Shown: positions 20,245 through 29,931 of the stretch, in pieces
Layout: every line of letters starts with the position of its first letter
Position numbering within the stretch: the first letter of the stretch is position 1
Virus record (IMG/VR): IMGVR_UViG_3300009155_000035
Strand: one strand, 5' to 3'
DNA from: a virus
Lineage: Duplodnaviria > Caudoviricetes
Length of the DNA: 64,000 bases
Translations under genes and position numbers: made by a program
Notes under the pieces: generated by a model
The model's input: the letters and a program-made list of their open reading frames with translations, nothing else
What the model was told of the DNA's origin: nothing
Databases searched by the model: none

Positions 20245-20486
20245 ACCAAGTATTTGTTAACACACTAAAAAATATACTGACCGAAAAGCTCACTAAAGAA
20301 GAATTCTTGGCCGAGCTTGAGCGCAGTCCCGATGAGTTTTGTTCTTTACGACTCAACGAGCTTGATGATTATTCCAAAGAAATTGTCTGGGAATGTATCA
20401 AGGTTATTGATAAAGAAAACTTCAATGGCACTGACGTTGAGTCCAAGTATAGCCGTTTAATAAGAGAACACTTTGGATTAGCATGA
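20241..20486 (+). CDS. Hypothetical protein
   Basis: 81-aa ORF overlapping flanking genes by 4 nt. Confidence 0.5.
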   Translation: MNQVFVNTLKNILTEKLTKEEFLAELERSPDEFCSLRLNELDDYSKEIVWECIKVIDKENFNGTDVESKYSRLIREHFGLA

Positions 20487-20758
20487 ACATTTGGATAGCA
20501 GTCCGTAATCCTCTACGTCATCGGCCATTCCGTAATCTTTGGGTACGGAGTAAACAAGTTACCCAACACAAAGTTTGGGAAATTCAACTAAGTCAATATG
20601 CATATAACTGCTTGGAGTTCCAAGCCAATCTTGCTTGGTGGGGAGAAGACCATGCCGGCCCCAGAATTACTATTAATATCTTTGGGTTAACTCTGGACAT
20701 TTGCATGTACGACACACGACACTGGAATGATGAAACCAACAGTTGGGCTACTCTCTGA
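20483..20758 (+). CDS. Hypothetical protein
   Basis: 91-aa ORF in operon. Confidence 0.55.
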   Translation: MNIWIAVRNPLRHRPFRNLWVRSKQVTQHKVWEIQLSQYAYNCLEFQANLAWWGEDHAGPRITINIFGLTLDICMYDTRHWNDETNSWATL

Positions 20759-21617
20759 TTTTGAACTGTCATCGTACAAGCATCGTCAAGAAGATTTTCT
20801 TTTACCAGATACGCCAAGCACATGTTTGAATCGTAAACATTTTAAAACATATCCTCACAAAGTCAACTATACTTTTAACAGTCGTGGATATCGTGATAAT
20901 GAATGGCCTGACTCTGCAAAAGAATTAACCGAGGCATTTTGGTGTATTGGTGATAGTTCAGTAATGGGCGTTGGTGCGCCTATTAGCCATTCATGGCCAG
21001 TTGTGCTGTCAGAGATGACTAATAAACGTTGTATCAACATAAGCATGCTCGGTGCCAGTAACGAATGGATTGCTCGGCAGGTCAATAAATTACTTGACCA
21101 ACTAGAAGTTGATACTGTTGTGATATGTTGGAGTTATGTACATCGTCGTGAACAGGCGCTCCAACACGCACTTGAAGACTTGTGGGAAACTTTCTATGCA
21201 TCTGTTAAAGATGCAACTTGGCCTGTTGTTGGTTTTAAAGAGTTTGACACATTGCCGGATAATATCAAACTTGAAATTAAACAACAGCATGACTTTGTTG
21301 GCTTTAGAGTAGAATCGCACTTGATGGATGAACATAGAATACTTGGTGGTGTTTGTGTAGATGAAGAACTGAATTTAATATTAACATTAAAGTTGATTCA
21401 AGAGATAGAACTACGCAAAGGTAATACCAAGATACTGCATACGTTTGTTCCAAATTTTATAAACAAGGAATATCACAGCAAGTTTGCGCAAATGTTTGAA
21501 CGCATTACTTCACAGTCAGTATTAGAAATTAAAAAAATAGATTTTGCCCGGGACTATCATCACTTTGATATTAAAACTTCTAGACAGTTTGCAAAGCAAA
21601 TCGTGGGGAGACTCTAA
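20727..21617 (+). CDS. SGNH-hydrolase-like hypothetical protein
   Basis: CIGDSSVMG, NISMLGASNE, DYHH motifs. Confidence 0.5.
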   Translation: MMKPTVGLLSDFELSSYKHRQEDFLLPDTPSTCLNRKHFKTYPHKVNYTFNSRGYRDNEWPDSAKELTEAFWCIGDSSVMGVGAPISHSWPVVLSEMTNKRCINISMLGASNEWIARQVNKLLDQLEVDTVVICWSYVHRREQALQHALEDLWETFYASVKDATWPVVGFKEFDTLPDNIKLEIKQQHDFVGFRVESHLMDEHRILGGVCVDEELNLILTLKLIQEIELRKGNTKILHTFVPNFINKEYHSKFAQMFERITSQSVLEIKKIDFARDYHHFDIKTSRQFAKQIVGRL

Positions 21618-22228
21618 TGAAAATACTAATAGTAGGTGACAGTTTTGCATCTGATTGGTCTATAAAGTACAAAGACTATCCGGGCTGGACAAACTTAATA
21701 GCAAATGATTACGATGTAACTATTTTAAGCCAGCCTGGATGCGGGGAATACAAAATTCTCAAACAATTACAATCAGTTAACATTGATCGGTATGACTTGA
21801 TTATAATTTCTCATACAAGCCCTGGTAGAATTCACACACCAAAACATCCTGTACATAGTCAAGACCTGTTGCATAAAAATTCAGATTTAATCTATACAGA
21901 CCTTGAGTATCATGCATTAAAATTTACAAATTTATTCAATAGCTCGTTGTCCACAGCACACGATTTCTTTGTGTATCACTACGATGAAGAGTATTATGAT
22001 CACGTTTATCAGTTACTACGTGACGAAATTACTAAATTGGTTGCATCCCGATCAACGCTGATAGTTAACCACCTGCCTTGCTTGTCCACTTACACCGGCA
22101 GCAACGTCTTGGATTTTTCCCCGATGCTTGAGACCCATCGAGGTATCATCAATCACTTTTCTCAACCTGGCAATCAAATAATTTATCAGGCTGTAAAAAA
22201 ATACATAGAGCAATATTGTGCAACCTAA
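21617..22228 (+). CDS. SGNH-hydrolase-like hypothetical protein
   Basis: VGDSF, PGCG, NHFS..GN motifs. Confidence 0.5.
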   Translation: MKILIVGDSFASDWSIKYKDYPGWTNLIANDYDVTILSQPGCGEYKILKQLQSVNIDRYDLIIISHTSPGRIHTPKHPVHSQDLLHKNSDLIYTDLEYHALKFTNLFNSSLSTAHDFFVYHYDEEYYDHVYQLLRDEITKLVASRSTLIVNHLPCLSTYTGSNVLDFSPMLETHRGIINHFSQPGNQIIYQAVKKYIEQYCAT

Positions 22229-23078
22229 AGATATAAAGTGGATCCATGTCGAAGCAAGTTCTAGGTGCAATGCCAGTTGCCCGGGTTGCTCACGAAACAA
22301 CAATGGATACGGCACGAACCCAGCACTGATTGAAAAAGATATTGACATTGATCAGTACACTGATTTTATAAAACAGTTTCCCAGCCTTGAAGGCATACAG
22401 TTTTGTGGTAATTTGGGCGACCCCATTGCTCATCATGATTTTTTAAAATTAGTAGAAGTTTCAAAACCACTCTGTAAAAAAATACAAATACATTCCAATG
22501 GTGGTCTAAAATCAGCAACTTGGTGGGGCAAGTTGGCCGCATTACTGTCGGGCATAGAACATGACGTTTGGTTTGGGCTTGATGGGATCGGGGAAGTACA
22601 TCAGCAGTATCGTCAAGGAACCAACTTTGATCGTGTTATTGCCAATGCCACTGCATTTATCAATGCCGGTGGTTACGCCACTTGGCAATTTATACCATTC
22701 AAACACAACGAACATCAGATCAAAGATTGCATGCGAATGAGCCAACGGCTTAAATTTAAAAAATTCAAGTTGATACGTTCGTTTAGGTCGGATCTTACCA
22801 TGGTTAGAGACTGGCGTACCGGTGAGTATCTATACGACTTAGAGCCGTCTACTGTAACACAAAAAATATTTTTCAATCCAAAGAAACACCTGGTTGAGTT
22901 TGACCGTTGTATGCACTTGTCAATGCCCAGCATTTACTTGTCATCCACAGGAAAAGCTAGCACATGTTGTTATTTTGTTAACCATGTGTCATTTGATCAA
23001 GTTGATAAACTGTTTGACAGCGTACAAATTGATCTGGCCAACCCTGACCCTGTGTGTTTGAGCAACTGTGGCTCTTGA
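22218..23078 (+). CDS. Radical SAM protein
   Basis: CNASCPGC, CGNLGDP, C-terminal STCC...CLSNC. Confidence 0.85.
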   Translation: MQPKDIKWIHVEASSRCNASCPGCSRNNNGYGTNPALIEKDIDIDQYTDFIKQFPSLEGIQFCGNLGDPIAHHDFLKLVEVSKPLCKKIQIHSNGGLKSATWWGKLAALLSGIEHDVWFGLDGIGEVHQQYRQGTNFDRVIANATAFINAGGYATWQFIPFKHNEHQIKDCMRMSQRLKFKKFKLIRSFRSDLTMVRDWRTGEYLYDLEPSTVTQKIFFNPKKHLVEFDRCMHLSMPSIYLSSTGKASTCCYFVNHVSFDQVDKLFDSVQIDLANPDPVCLSNCGS

Positions 23079-23102
23079 CATAGCAAAATTTCTGTGTATA
23101 AT
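23075..23102 (+). promoter_or_regulatory. sigma70-type promoter
   Basis: TTGACA-16 bp-TATAAT; ATG 6 nt downstream. Confidence 0.65.
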
Positions 23103-23108
23103 GTTGAC

Positions 23109-23366
23109 ATGGCTACATTGCACAGATTTAGAATTTATGTAAATTCAACCGCACAGTGGTATTCTGTTATGAATGAATGCCGTGATTGGTTTGGAAAAAA
23201 TTGGAAAACCCAGCCAAAAGTTCGCAAAAAATTAGAGACATGGCGCCGCCACAGTGGAGAGCCTATATGTGTGTGGTTTGAGGTTCCCGATGAACGATGG
23301 GCCACCTGGGTGTCGACTAAATTTGCACTAGAAGTTGTATCCGAAACACGCTTCAAGGACCGCTAA
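23109..23366 (+). CDS. Hypothetical protein
   Basis: MATLHRFRIY...; start reassigned downstream of the -10 box. Confidence 0.55.
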   Translation: MATLHRFRIYVNSTAQWYSVMNECRDWFGKNWKTQPKVRKKLETWRRHSGEPICVWFEVPDERWATWVSTKFALEVVSETRFKDR

Positions 23367-23374
23367 ATAATTTA

Positions 23375-24886
23375 ATGATCTTGACTATACTAATGTTTGT
23401 GGTGGCACTATGTCTAAGCGCAGTGGCCGCTTTTTATTCCATTGTGGGCTTGACCGCAATCTTTGCCGCCGCTGTCATGCCCATTGTTCTCATGGGCAGT
23501 ATCCTTGAAGTAGCCAAACTCACAGTCACAGTGTGGTTACACGAGCACTGGGATCGAGCTCGCTGGTTAATGAAGATTTATCTGAGCACAGCAGTGGTAG
23601 TGCTGATGGTAATCACCAGCATGGGCATCTTTGGCTTCTTAAGCAAAGCTCACAGCGATCAAAGCATGGTGTCGGGAGATGTGCAAGCAAAAATTGCAGT
23701 TTACGATGAGAAAATTAAAACATCACGAGAGAACATAGATGCAAACCGCAAAGCACTTAAACAAATGGATGAGGCAGTGGACCAAGTCATGGCAAGAAGC
23801 ACTTCAGAAACGGGTGCAGATAAAGCCGTGGCTCTCCGTAGGACGCAACAAAAGGAACGTCAGCGTCTCCTTGCTGAAATTGAAGCCGAACAGAAAAGAG
23901 TTAGCGTACTTGCTGAAGAGCGAGCGCCGATTGCCGCCGAGGTTAGAAAAGTAGAAGCCGAAGTAGGACCAATAAAATATATCGCCGCATTAATTTACGG
24001 TGATAACACTGATACTAACATGCTTGAAGCCGCGGTTCGTTGGGTCATTATATTATTGGTCATTGTGTTTGACCCTTTGGCTGTGATGATGTTGTTGGCC
24101 GCAACTGAAAGTCGTAAATGGTTGCGTCAAGATCAAACAAAACCTAAATATGAACAAGATGATGGCCCGTTGACTCAAGAGCAAGTTGAACAAATAAAAG
24201 AATCCACTAAAGAAGATTTGCCCATTGGTGAACTAGTAATCAAGGATGAACTATTTCCATCAGACCCATCACCCCCGGGATGGATGTACAACACTACCAC
24301 AACAACATACCCATCCACTGAAGAAGAAGTTGAAGAATTAAAAACCGAATTTGATCGTAGCAAACATGCATACCTTGATCAACAATTTCAACCCTTTGAA
24401 AACTTACAGCCAATGGCACATCGTCCTGAATCAGAAAATGAATCAGATACTGTAACAGACGATGAACATGATTTAGAAGATAATGACGCAGTCAAGCAAG
24501 CCAAGTCACAGTGGAAGATAGATAATCCGGGTGAAACTTTAAAAGAACAGCGTCGATTATTTGAGCGTGGAATCATTGATCGACTGCCTTGGGAAGACTA
24601 CTTGCCAAACCCAGCAGTTGGTAATGTGCCGTTTGGTGAGAAATTCCCAACTGCGCCTGCACGTGGAGATATGTTTACACACGTTGGTTATGTACCTTCT
24701 AAGTTGTACAAATTCAATGGTGAAAAGTGGATTGAAATTATCAAAGACACTACAGATCAATATACATACAATCAGTCTTATATTGATTATTTGATCAATG
24801 CTGTTAGCAGTGGCCATTATGATGCAGACCTTTTAACCGAGGGCGAACAAGCCCAAATTGAATCTCGTTTACAACAGGACAATTAA
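23375..24886 (+). CDS. Membrane protein with coiled coil and acidic C-terminal region
   Basis: Several N-terminal TM segments, long heptad region, FDPLAV; TAAATA 5 nt before ATG. Confidence 0.6.
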   Translation: MILTILMFVVALCLSAVAAFYSIVGLTAIFAAAVMPIVLMGSILEVAKLTVTVWLHEHWDRARWLMKIYLSTAVVVLMVITSMGIFGFLSKAHSDQSMVSGDVQAKIAVYDEKIKTSRENIDANRKALKQMDEAVDQVMARSTSETGADKAVALRRTQQKERQRLLAEIEAEQKRVSVLAEERAPIAAEVRKVEAEVGPIKYIAALIYGDNTDTNMLEAAVRWVIILLVIVFDPLAVMMLLAATESRKWLRQDQTKPKYEQDDGPLTQEQVEQIKESTKEDLPIGELVIKDELFPSDPSPPGWMYNTTTTTYPSTEEEVEELKTEFDRSKHAYLDQQFQPFENLQPMAHRPESENESDTVTDDEHDLEDNDAVKQAKSQWKIDNPGETLKEQRRLFERGIIDRLPWEDYLPNPAVGNVPFGEKFPTAPARGDMFTHVGYVPSKLYKFNGEKWIEIIKDTTDQYTYNQSYIDYLINAVSSGHYDADLLTEGEQAQIESRLQQDN

Positions 24887-26073
24887 TGATATCTCCCATT
24901 GATATTTGCAGTTTTTGCGGCAAACACAAGGACAGTGTACAAAAATTAATAGTCAGTGACACCGTGGCCATTTGCAATGAATGTGTTGACTTGTGCCGGG
25001 ACCTTCTCAAAGATATTGTACCCACAGAAGAAGTTGAATCTGCCATTGATCGTTCAGATCCCAGGATACTAAAAAAATATCTAGATGAATATGTTATTGG
25101 GCAAGACTCGGCCAAGGTTGTTCTTGCAGTAGCAGTCATTAATCATTACAAGCGACTACAACGCAAAGAAACAGATCCCGAAGTTACAAAAGCCAATATT
25201 CTCATGCTTGGCCCCACTGGTTCGGGCAAAACATTGTTGGCACGTACAGTGGCCAAATATCTTGATGTACCTTTTGTTATTGCCGACGCCACAAGTATTA
25301 CTGAAGCAGGCTACGTGGGCGATGACGTTGAAATGCTTATTGCTCGTTTGTATGCGGCATCGGGTAACAGTGTAGAAAAAACACAACGTGGAATTGTGTT
25401 TGTTGATGAAATTGATAAAATTGCTCGCAAAGGCGAAAGCGCAAGTATTACCCGTGATGTGTCGGGTGAAGGCGTGCAACAAGCATTGCTCAAGCTAGTT
25501 GAAGGTACTGTTTGCCGTATTCCGGCAACAGGCAACCGTAAGCATCCCAATAGTGACATGATTGAAATTGACACAGCTAATATTTTGTTCATTGCCGGCG
25601 GTGCATTTGTTGGGCTAGATTCAGTGATTCGCAGTCGAGTACATGGATCATCTATTGGGTTTAGTAGTCTGGTAACTAAAAATATCGAAGTTAACCTTGC
25701 CGACGTTAGCCCCGACGACTTGGTTAAATTTGGCATGATCCCTGAGTTTGTAGGACGTTTTCCGGTTGTGGTAAGTCTCAATGAGCTTGATCGTGCTGAC
25801 TTGAATCGAATACTAGTAGAGGTAAAGAACAATTATATTGAGCAATATCGATGGTTATTTCAGCAAGACAACGTGGACTTTGAAATTACAGAAGATGCAC
25901 GTTTTGCCTTGGTTGATCGAGCTATGACCACTGGCACTGGAGCTCGAGCATTGCATAGTGAATTGGAGAGAGTTCTATTACCGCACATGTTTGATCTAGC
26001 ACGTTATCGCAATGATGGTATCAAGACCCTGGTCATTGATCAGCAGTTGGTAAATAATCCTAAAGCACTTTAA
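24886..26073 (+). CDS. clpX: ATP-dependent Clp protease ATPase subunit ClpX
   Basis: CSFC...CNEC zinc finger, GPTGSGKT, DEIDK, RDVSGEGVQQALLK, IGF loop, GARAL. Confidence 0.95.
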   Translation: MISPIDICSFCGKHKDSVQKLIVSDTVAICNECVDLCRDLLKDIVPTEEVESAIDRSDPRILKKYLDEYVIGQDSAKVVLAVAVINHYKRLQRKETDPEVTKANILMLGPTGSGKTLLARTVAKYLDVPFVIADATSITEAGYVGDDVEMLIARLYAASGNSVEKTQRGIVFVDEIDKIARKGESASITRDVSGEGVQQALLKLVEGTVCRIPATGNRKHPNSDMIEIDTANILFIAGGAFVGLDSVIRSRVHGSSIGFSSLVTKNIEVNLADVSPDDLVKFGMIPEFVGRFPVVVSLNELDRADLNRILVEVKNNYIEQYRWLFQQDNVDFEITEDARFALVDRAMTTGTGARALHSELERVLLPHMFDLARYRNDGIKTLVIDQQLVNNPKAL

Positions 26074-26087
26074 CGAAAGGATATATC

Positions 26088-26309
26088 TTGAAATTACATG
26101 GTAGAGCTGTAATAGTTTCAGACGGTAATGTAGAAAAAGCACTGCGCAAGTTTAAAAAGAAGATTGCAACTTCTGGGTTGTTGCAAGATCTAAGGGACAA
26201 AGAATTTTATGTAAAACCCACGACACGCCGTAAAACACAAAAAAGTCTTGCTAAAAAACGTTGGGAACGCTATGTCAACGGCCAACAACTCCCGCCAAAA
26301 TTGTTTTAA
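26088..26309 (+). CDS. rpsU: Ribosomal protein bS21
   Basis: VEKALRKFKKK, EFYVKPTTRRK; TTG start after GAAAGGA. Confidence 0.85.
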   Translation: MKLHGRAVIVSDGNVEKALRKFKKKIATSGLLQDLRDKEFYVKPTTRRKTQKSLAKKRWERYVNGQQLPPKLF

Positions 26310-26563
26310 TGTATATTGAGTTTGAATTGCCCAACAGCAATGTGTCAACTTACGTAGCAGACCAACAATTATCTCGGGCACTAGTTGAGTGGTCAGAAAA
26401 ATACAATATTCCTTACACTACCAAATTGGTCAAACTCAAAAAAAGAGTAACATTTAACGAAGATCGTTACTATGAGTTTTTTATACTAACTTGGGTACCA
26501 AAAACAAAACATAGTTTTTGGCTAAACTACCGAGTGATACGTGACCTAAATAACAAACTTTAA
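26309..26563 (+). CDS. Hypothetical protein
   Basis: Start reassigned to ATG overlapping the rpsU stop. Confidence 0.5.
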   Translation: MYIEFELPNSNVSTYVADQQLSRALVEWSEKYNIPYTTKLVKLKKRVTFNEDRYYEFFILTWVPKTKHSFWLNYRVIRDLNNKL

Positions 26564-26581
26564 CATAGTTTTCGCGTATAA

Positions 26582-26650
26582 TAAATAACAATGTAGCGCC
26601 GATGGTCGGGCTACACTTATAGTCAACTTGCTTATTAAAGGAGAAATGAC
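26582..26650 (+). ncRNA. ROSE-like RNA thermometer in hsp20 5' UTR
   Basis: TAAATA, hairpin TGTAGC..GCTACA, then CTTGCT-TATTAA-AGGAG pairing over the SD with bulged G. Confidence 0.7.
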
Positions 26651-27097
26651 ATGACTAAAATCACATCTTTTGATCTAACCCCCTTCTACCGTACATCAAT
26701 TGGCGTAGACCGCTTGTTTGATCGTATTATCAACCAAATTGATAATACGGCTACAGCAGGCACTAACTATCCCCCATACAATATTGTAAAAACTGGTGAG
26801 CATACCTTTGAACTACAATTAGCATTGGCTGGGTTTACACAAGGCGAAGTTGAAATCACTGTCAAAGATGGTGTAATTTCAATCACGGGCGAGAAGAAAA
26901 CTTCAAGTCTGCCCGAAGGACATGAGTACTACTACCAGGGTATCAGTGCTCGTAAGTTCTTCCGTAGTTGGCCTTTGGGTGATTACGTGGAAGTTGTTGA
27001 CGCTTTGATGCGTGATGGTATTTTAACTGTTCGTCTTGAACAACGAGTACCCGATGCCATGAAACCGAAAACAATTGAGATCGCATATCAAAACTAA
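26651..27097 (+). CDS. Small heat shock protein Hsp20 (IbpA-like)
   Basis: SIGVDRLFD, NYPPYNI, LALAGF, YQGISARKF, DGIL. Confidence 0.95.
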   Translation: MTKITSFDLTPFYRTSIGVDRLFDRIINQIDNTATAGTNYPPYNIVKTGEHTFELQLALAGFTQGEVEITVKDGVISITGEKKTSSLPEGHEYYYQGISARKFFRSWPLGDYVEVVDALMRDGILTVRLEQRVPDAMKPKTIEIAYQN

Positions 27098-27148
27098 ACT
27101 TTAACGTAAATACACGGGGGCTTCGGCCCCCATTTAAAAGGATTCGAA

Positions 27149-27463
27149 ATGTCGCAAGCTGAACCAAAAACACGCACACGACTTAGCCCAAATGTTGATA
27201 TCAAAGAACCACCGTTGTATCGTGTGATTTATATAAATGACAACAAAACCACTGTGGATTTTGTAATTGGAAGTCTGATAGAGTTTTTTGATTATAACGA
27301 AAACACTGCTGAACAAATTACTATAAACATTCATGAAGCAGGATCGGCTATTGTTGCAGTTCTTCCTTATGAAATTGCTGAACAAAAAGGTATAGAAGTA
27401 ACTGTGAGTGCTCGTGGTCGAGGATACCCGCTACAGATCAAGCTGGAACCCGATACAGCTTAA
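27149..27463 (+). CDS. clpS: N-end-rule adaptor ClpS
   Basis: YRVIYINDNKTTVDFV, IHEAGSA, YEIAEQK, YPLQIKLE. Confidence 0.9.
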   Translation: MSQAEPKTRTRLSPNVDIKEPPLYRVIYINDNKTTVDFVIGSLIEFFDYNENTAEQITINIHEAGSAIVAVLPYEIAEQKGIEVTVSARGRGYPLQIKLEPDTA

Positions 27464-28248
27464 AGTTCTACTCGTCGTGGATAGTAGGCTACTTGGCGAA
27501 ACTCTGTGTCTCCCCTACCGCGGCAGTTGTTGACATATCGTACCCCATCAATAACTGAGTCAATTACACCATGGTAGTGGCCTATGCACCATGTTTTGAT
27601 TTTGTTTTCGGTGTCAGCAGAAAATATGTTTTGCAGTCGTGTGTTGCCCATGATATTCATTCTGTAGGTGCCATCAAGTAAAGTATCATGTTCAACTAAC
27701 TTAAACATTGGAATCGTATGAGTTACAATTACAATTTCTTTAATATCGGGGTGCATTTGTAATCTTGACACTGATCTACACAAGTATTCGGCCTCGGAAG
27801 TGGCTAGTCCGTCAATGATATATGGAACAATTTCGTTACACTTGTATTGATCGCAGAACCATTTAAAACTTTGATACGTGTCAATGCTGGGATCAAAGTT
27901 CCAGTCCCACCAACCATTTGTGCCTAAAAACGCCACACCATTGTATACTACAACATTATCATGCAAGTAAACACATCCATCGACACTGTTGACTATTTCA
28001 TGAATACGTTCGGGACCATGAGCTAAATCATCCCAGTTATGTTTGTGTTCTTCGTTGCCATCTATAAAAATAGTAAGTTTATAGCACTTGCTAATTTTTT
28101 CAAGTGTGGTTTTCAGCACTGTGGGGTCACGAGCAACATCACCTGCAACAACGCATATTGGACTAGTGGCTTGCCCACTCCACTCAAACTCAGTGTCCCA
28201 AGTTTCGATATGCAAATCAGAAATAAGATCAAACGCAATTTTCATCAT
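27460..28248 (-). CDS. Calcineurin-like metallophosphoesterase
   Basis: SDLH, AGDV, GNEEH, VTHT, GHYH. Confidence 0.85.
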   Translation of the reverse strand: MMKIAFDLISDLHIETWDTEFEWSGQATSPICVVAGDVARDPTVLKTTLEKISKCYKLTIFIDGNEEHKHNWDDLAHGPERIHEIVNSVDGCVYLHDNVVVYNGVAFLGTNGWWDWNFDPSIDTYQSFKWFCDQYKCNEIVPYIIDGLATSEAEYLCRSVSRLQMHPDIKEIVIVTHTIPMFKLVEHDTLLDGTYRMNIMGNTRLQNIFSADTENKIKTWCIGHYHGVIDSVIDGVRYVNNCRGRGDTEFRQVAYYPRRVEL

Positions 28249-28271
28249 ACATATTTAAAAGGAATTTAAAC

Positions 28272-28652
28272 ATGAACATAATATTTGGCAAAGACGCCAC
28301 TGTCGCAGTAAGCGAGAAGTATATTGTATTAGAACTAGACTCAGTTAAGATACCAGGACTGTCAGAAGTTATTCCAGCATACTGTTTGTTAGATGCACAA
28401 AAAATTCCACTGACTGAAGTAGTAACATTGGACCAATTTCGTGACCTGCATGTTAACTTGATTAAAAATTATCGACTACAAAACTGGAAGTATTGCACTG
28501 ATGCGATTGATCATCTCAAAGGTAAATGGTCAGGCGAGTTGGATAGCTTTTATACTATGTTACTTGAAAGAATTGAAGACTTTAAAATCAACCCGCCTGG
28601 CGACACCTGGGATTGGACTATTTCCGGCGGCATGTCAACAGCATCTGTCTAA
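28272..28652 (+). CDS. Hypothetical protein
   Basis: 126-aa ORF with AAGGA SD, divergent from the phosphoesterase. Confidence 0.6.
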   Translation: MNIIFGKDATVAVSEKYIVLELDSVKIPGLSEVIPAYCLLDAQKIPLTEVVTLDQFRDLHVNLIKNYRLQNWKYCTDAIDHLKGKWSGELDSFYTMLLERIEDFKINPPGDTWDWTISGGMSTASV

Positions 28653-29931
28653 GTTGTTGTTGGGTATTCTGATCGTGGAACTTCATCAGTAACACATCTT
28701 GTAAATTTGGATCCTTGCTGGCCAGTTTTCTAAATTCAATCCACCTTTGACCTTGCTTGTGTTGTTGGCAGTGTGTTTTTGCAATTGCATAATTGTCTAA
28801 AAACTCTTGAATAATTGATTTTGAAAACTCTTCAGAGAAAAACAAGTCTCGGTTATGCTTGGTTATTTTGTTAAGTTCCAAGTCAAGAGACTGTTTTTGT
28901 TCGGCAGTTAGACTTGTAATGTCTTTCATGACCTTGACAATTTTATGTAAACGTTTGACCGGGTCAATTTCTAGATCATAAGATTCGTCAATCAAGTCAC
29001 CAAATGTTTTAAATCCGTATCTGCGCAGATAGTCAAGACTGGCATGTGTGGCAGCAAGTATAAACGGTTTCCCGCATGCTATTGGACGTAGTATTTTTTC
29101 AGTTAGCTGTAATCTTGGATCATCATACAATGTTTCAAGCACAACATCAAACCAACATTCATTGTAATCTAGACTAGAGTAATCGGCACTGGATGTTGCA
29201 AATGATAAGTTTTGTTCTAATACTTCAAGGTCTCTAGTGGAACGAAAGTCTGTGTTACGGTACTGATGATCATGATAATGTACACCGTTGTCGATTGGAT
29301 TAAATTTAATTTTGCTTGTGGTGTCAAGCCTGTTCTCTAACACCAAGCTTGTAAACAACAACCGATACTCTCTAGTACCAGACCAAGCACGATTGTAAAT
29401 GTTAAAATCATACTGGTAACTGCTGTTGCTACGATCAAGCTTTGAGTCATGTTGTGCATATCGATACCAGTCTCGGGCAATTATTGCATGAGCCCACCAG
29501 TAGACACCTACTAGACCCACAGCTTCGTACTTTGCGACTTCGGGGCTTCTAAGCTCGCTGTGTAGCAGTATGTTTTTATCATAGAGTGTGCTATTTCGGT
29601 GCATGAACCCAATGTTTAACTGGCTCCAGTTATCAATAACCCTGGGACTTTTTAAAAATGTATTATTAGCACTTGGTGAGAAACGATCAAACCAGGCCGG
29701 CATGTGTTTGGCAACGTACTCGGGGGTATAAAAATCAAAATTAAGAGGTTCTTGATCATGCACGACTACCAACAACGAATTCATCCATTCTGCCCAAGTT
29801 TGAGTAGGCAATTCAACAACATCAATATCTTCAAGATTTCTACTGCCTGGTGGATTAAAGTGATAAATTATCGTATAGTGGTCTAATTGATCACTAAGAT
29901 AATCATACATTTGACTAAAAGGAATATTCAT
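28618..29931 (-). CDS. Putative glycosyltransferase-like protein (ET..TEK family, paralog 1)
   Basis: DVVLET...LTEKILRPIACGKPFI...GFKTF...DESYD; start uncertain (29931 or 29910). Confidence 0.5.
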   Translation of the reverse strand: MNIPFSQMYDYLSDQLDHYTIIYHFNPPGSRNLEDIDVVELPTQTWAEWMNSLLVVVHDQEPLNFDFYTPEYVAKHMPAWFDRFSPSANNTFLKSPRVIDNWSQLNIGFMHRNSTLYDKNILLHSELRSPEVAKYEAVGLVGVYWWAHAIIARDWYRYAQHDSKLDRSNSSYQYDFNIYNRAWSGTREYRLLFTSLVLENRLDTTSKIKFNPIDNGVHYHDHQYRNTDFRSTRDLEVLEQNLSFATSSADYSSLDYNECWFDVVLETLYDDPRLQLTEKILRPIACGKPFILAATHASLDYLRRYGFKTFGDLIDESYDLEIDPVKRLHKIVKVMKDITSLTAEQKQSLDLELNKITKHNRDLFFSEEFSKSIIQEFLDNYAIAKTHCQQHKQGQRWIEFRKLASKDPNLQDVLLMKFHDQNTQQQLRQMLLTCRRK

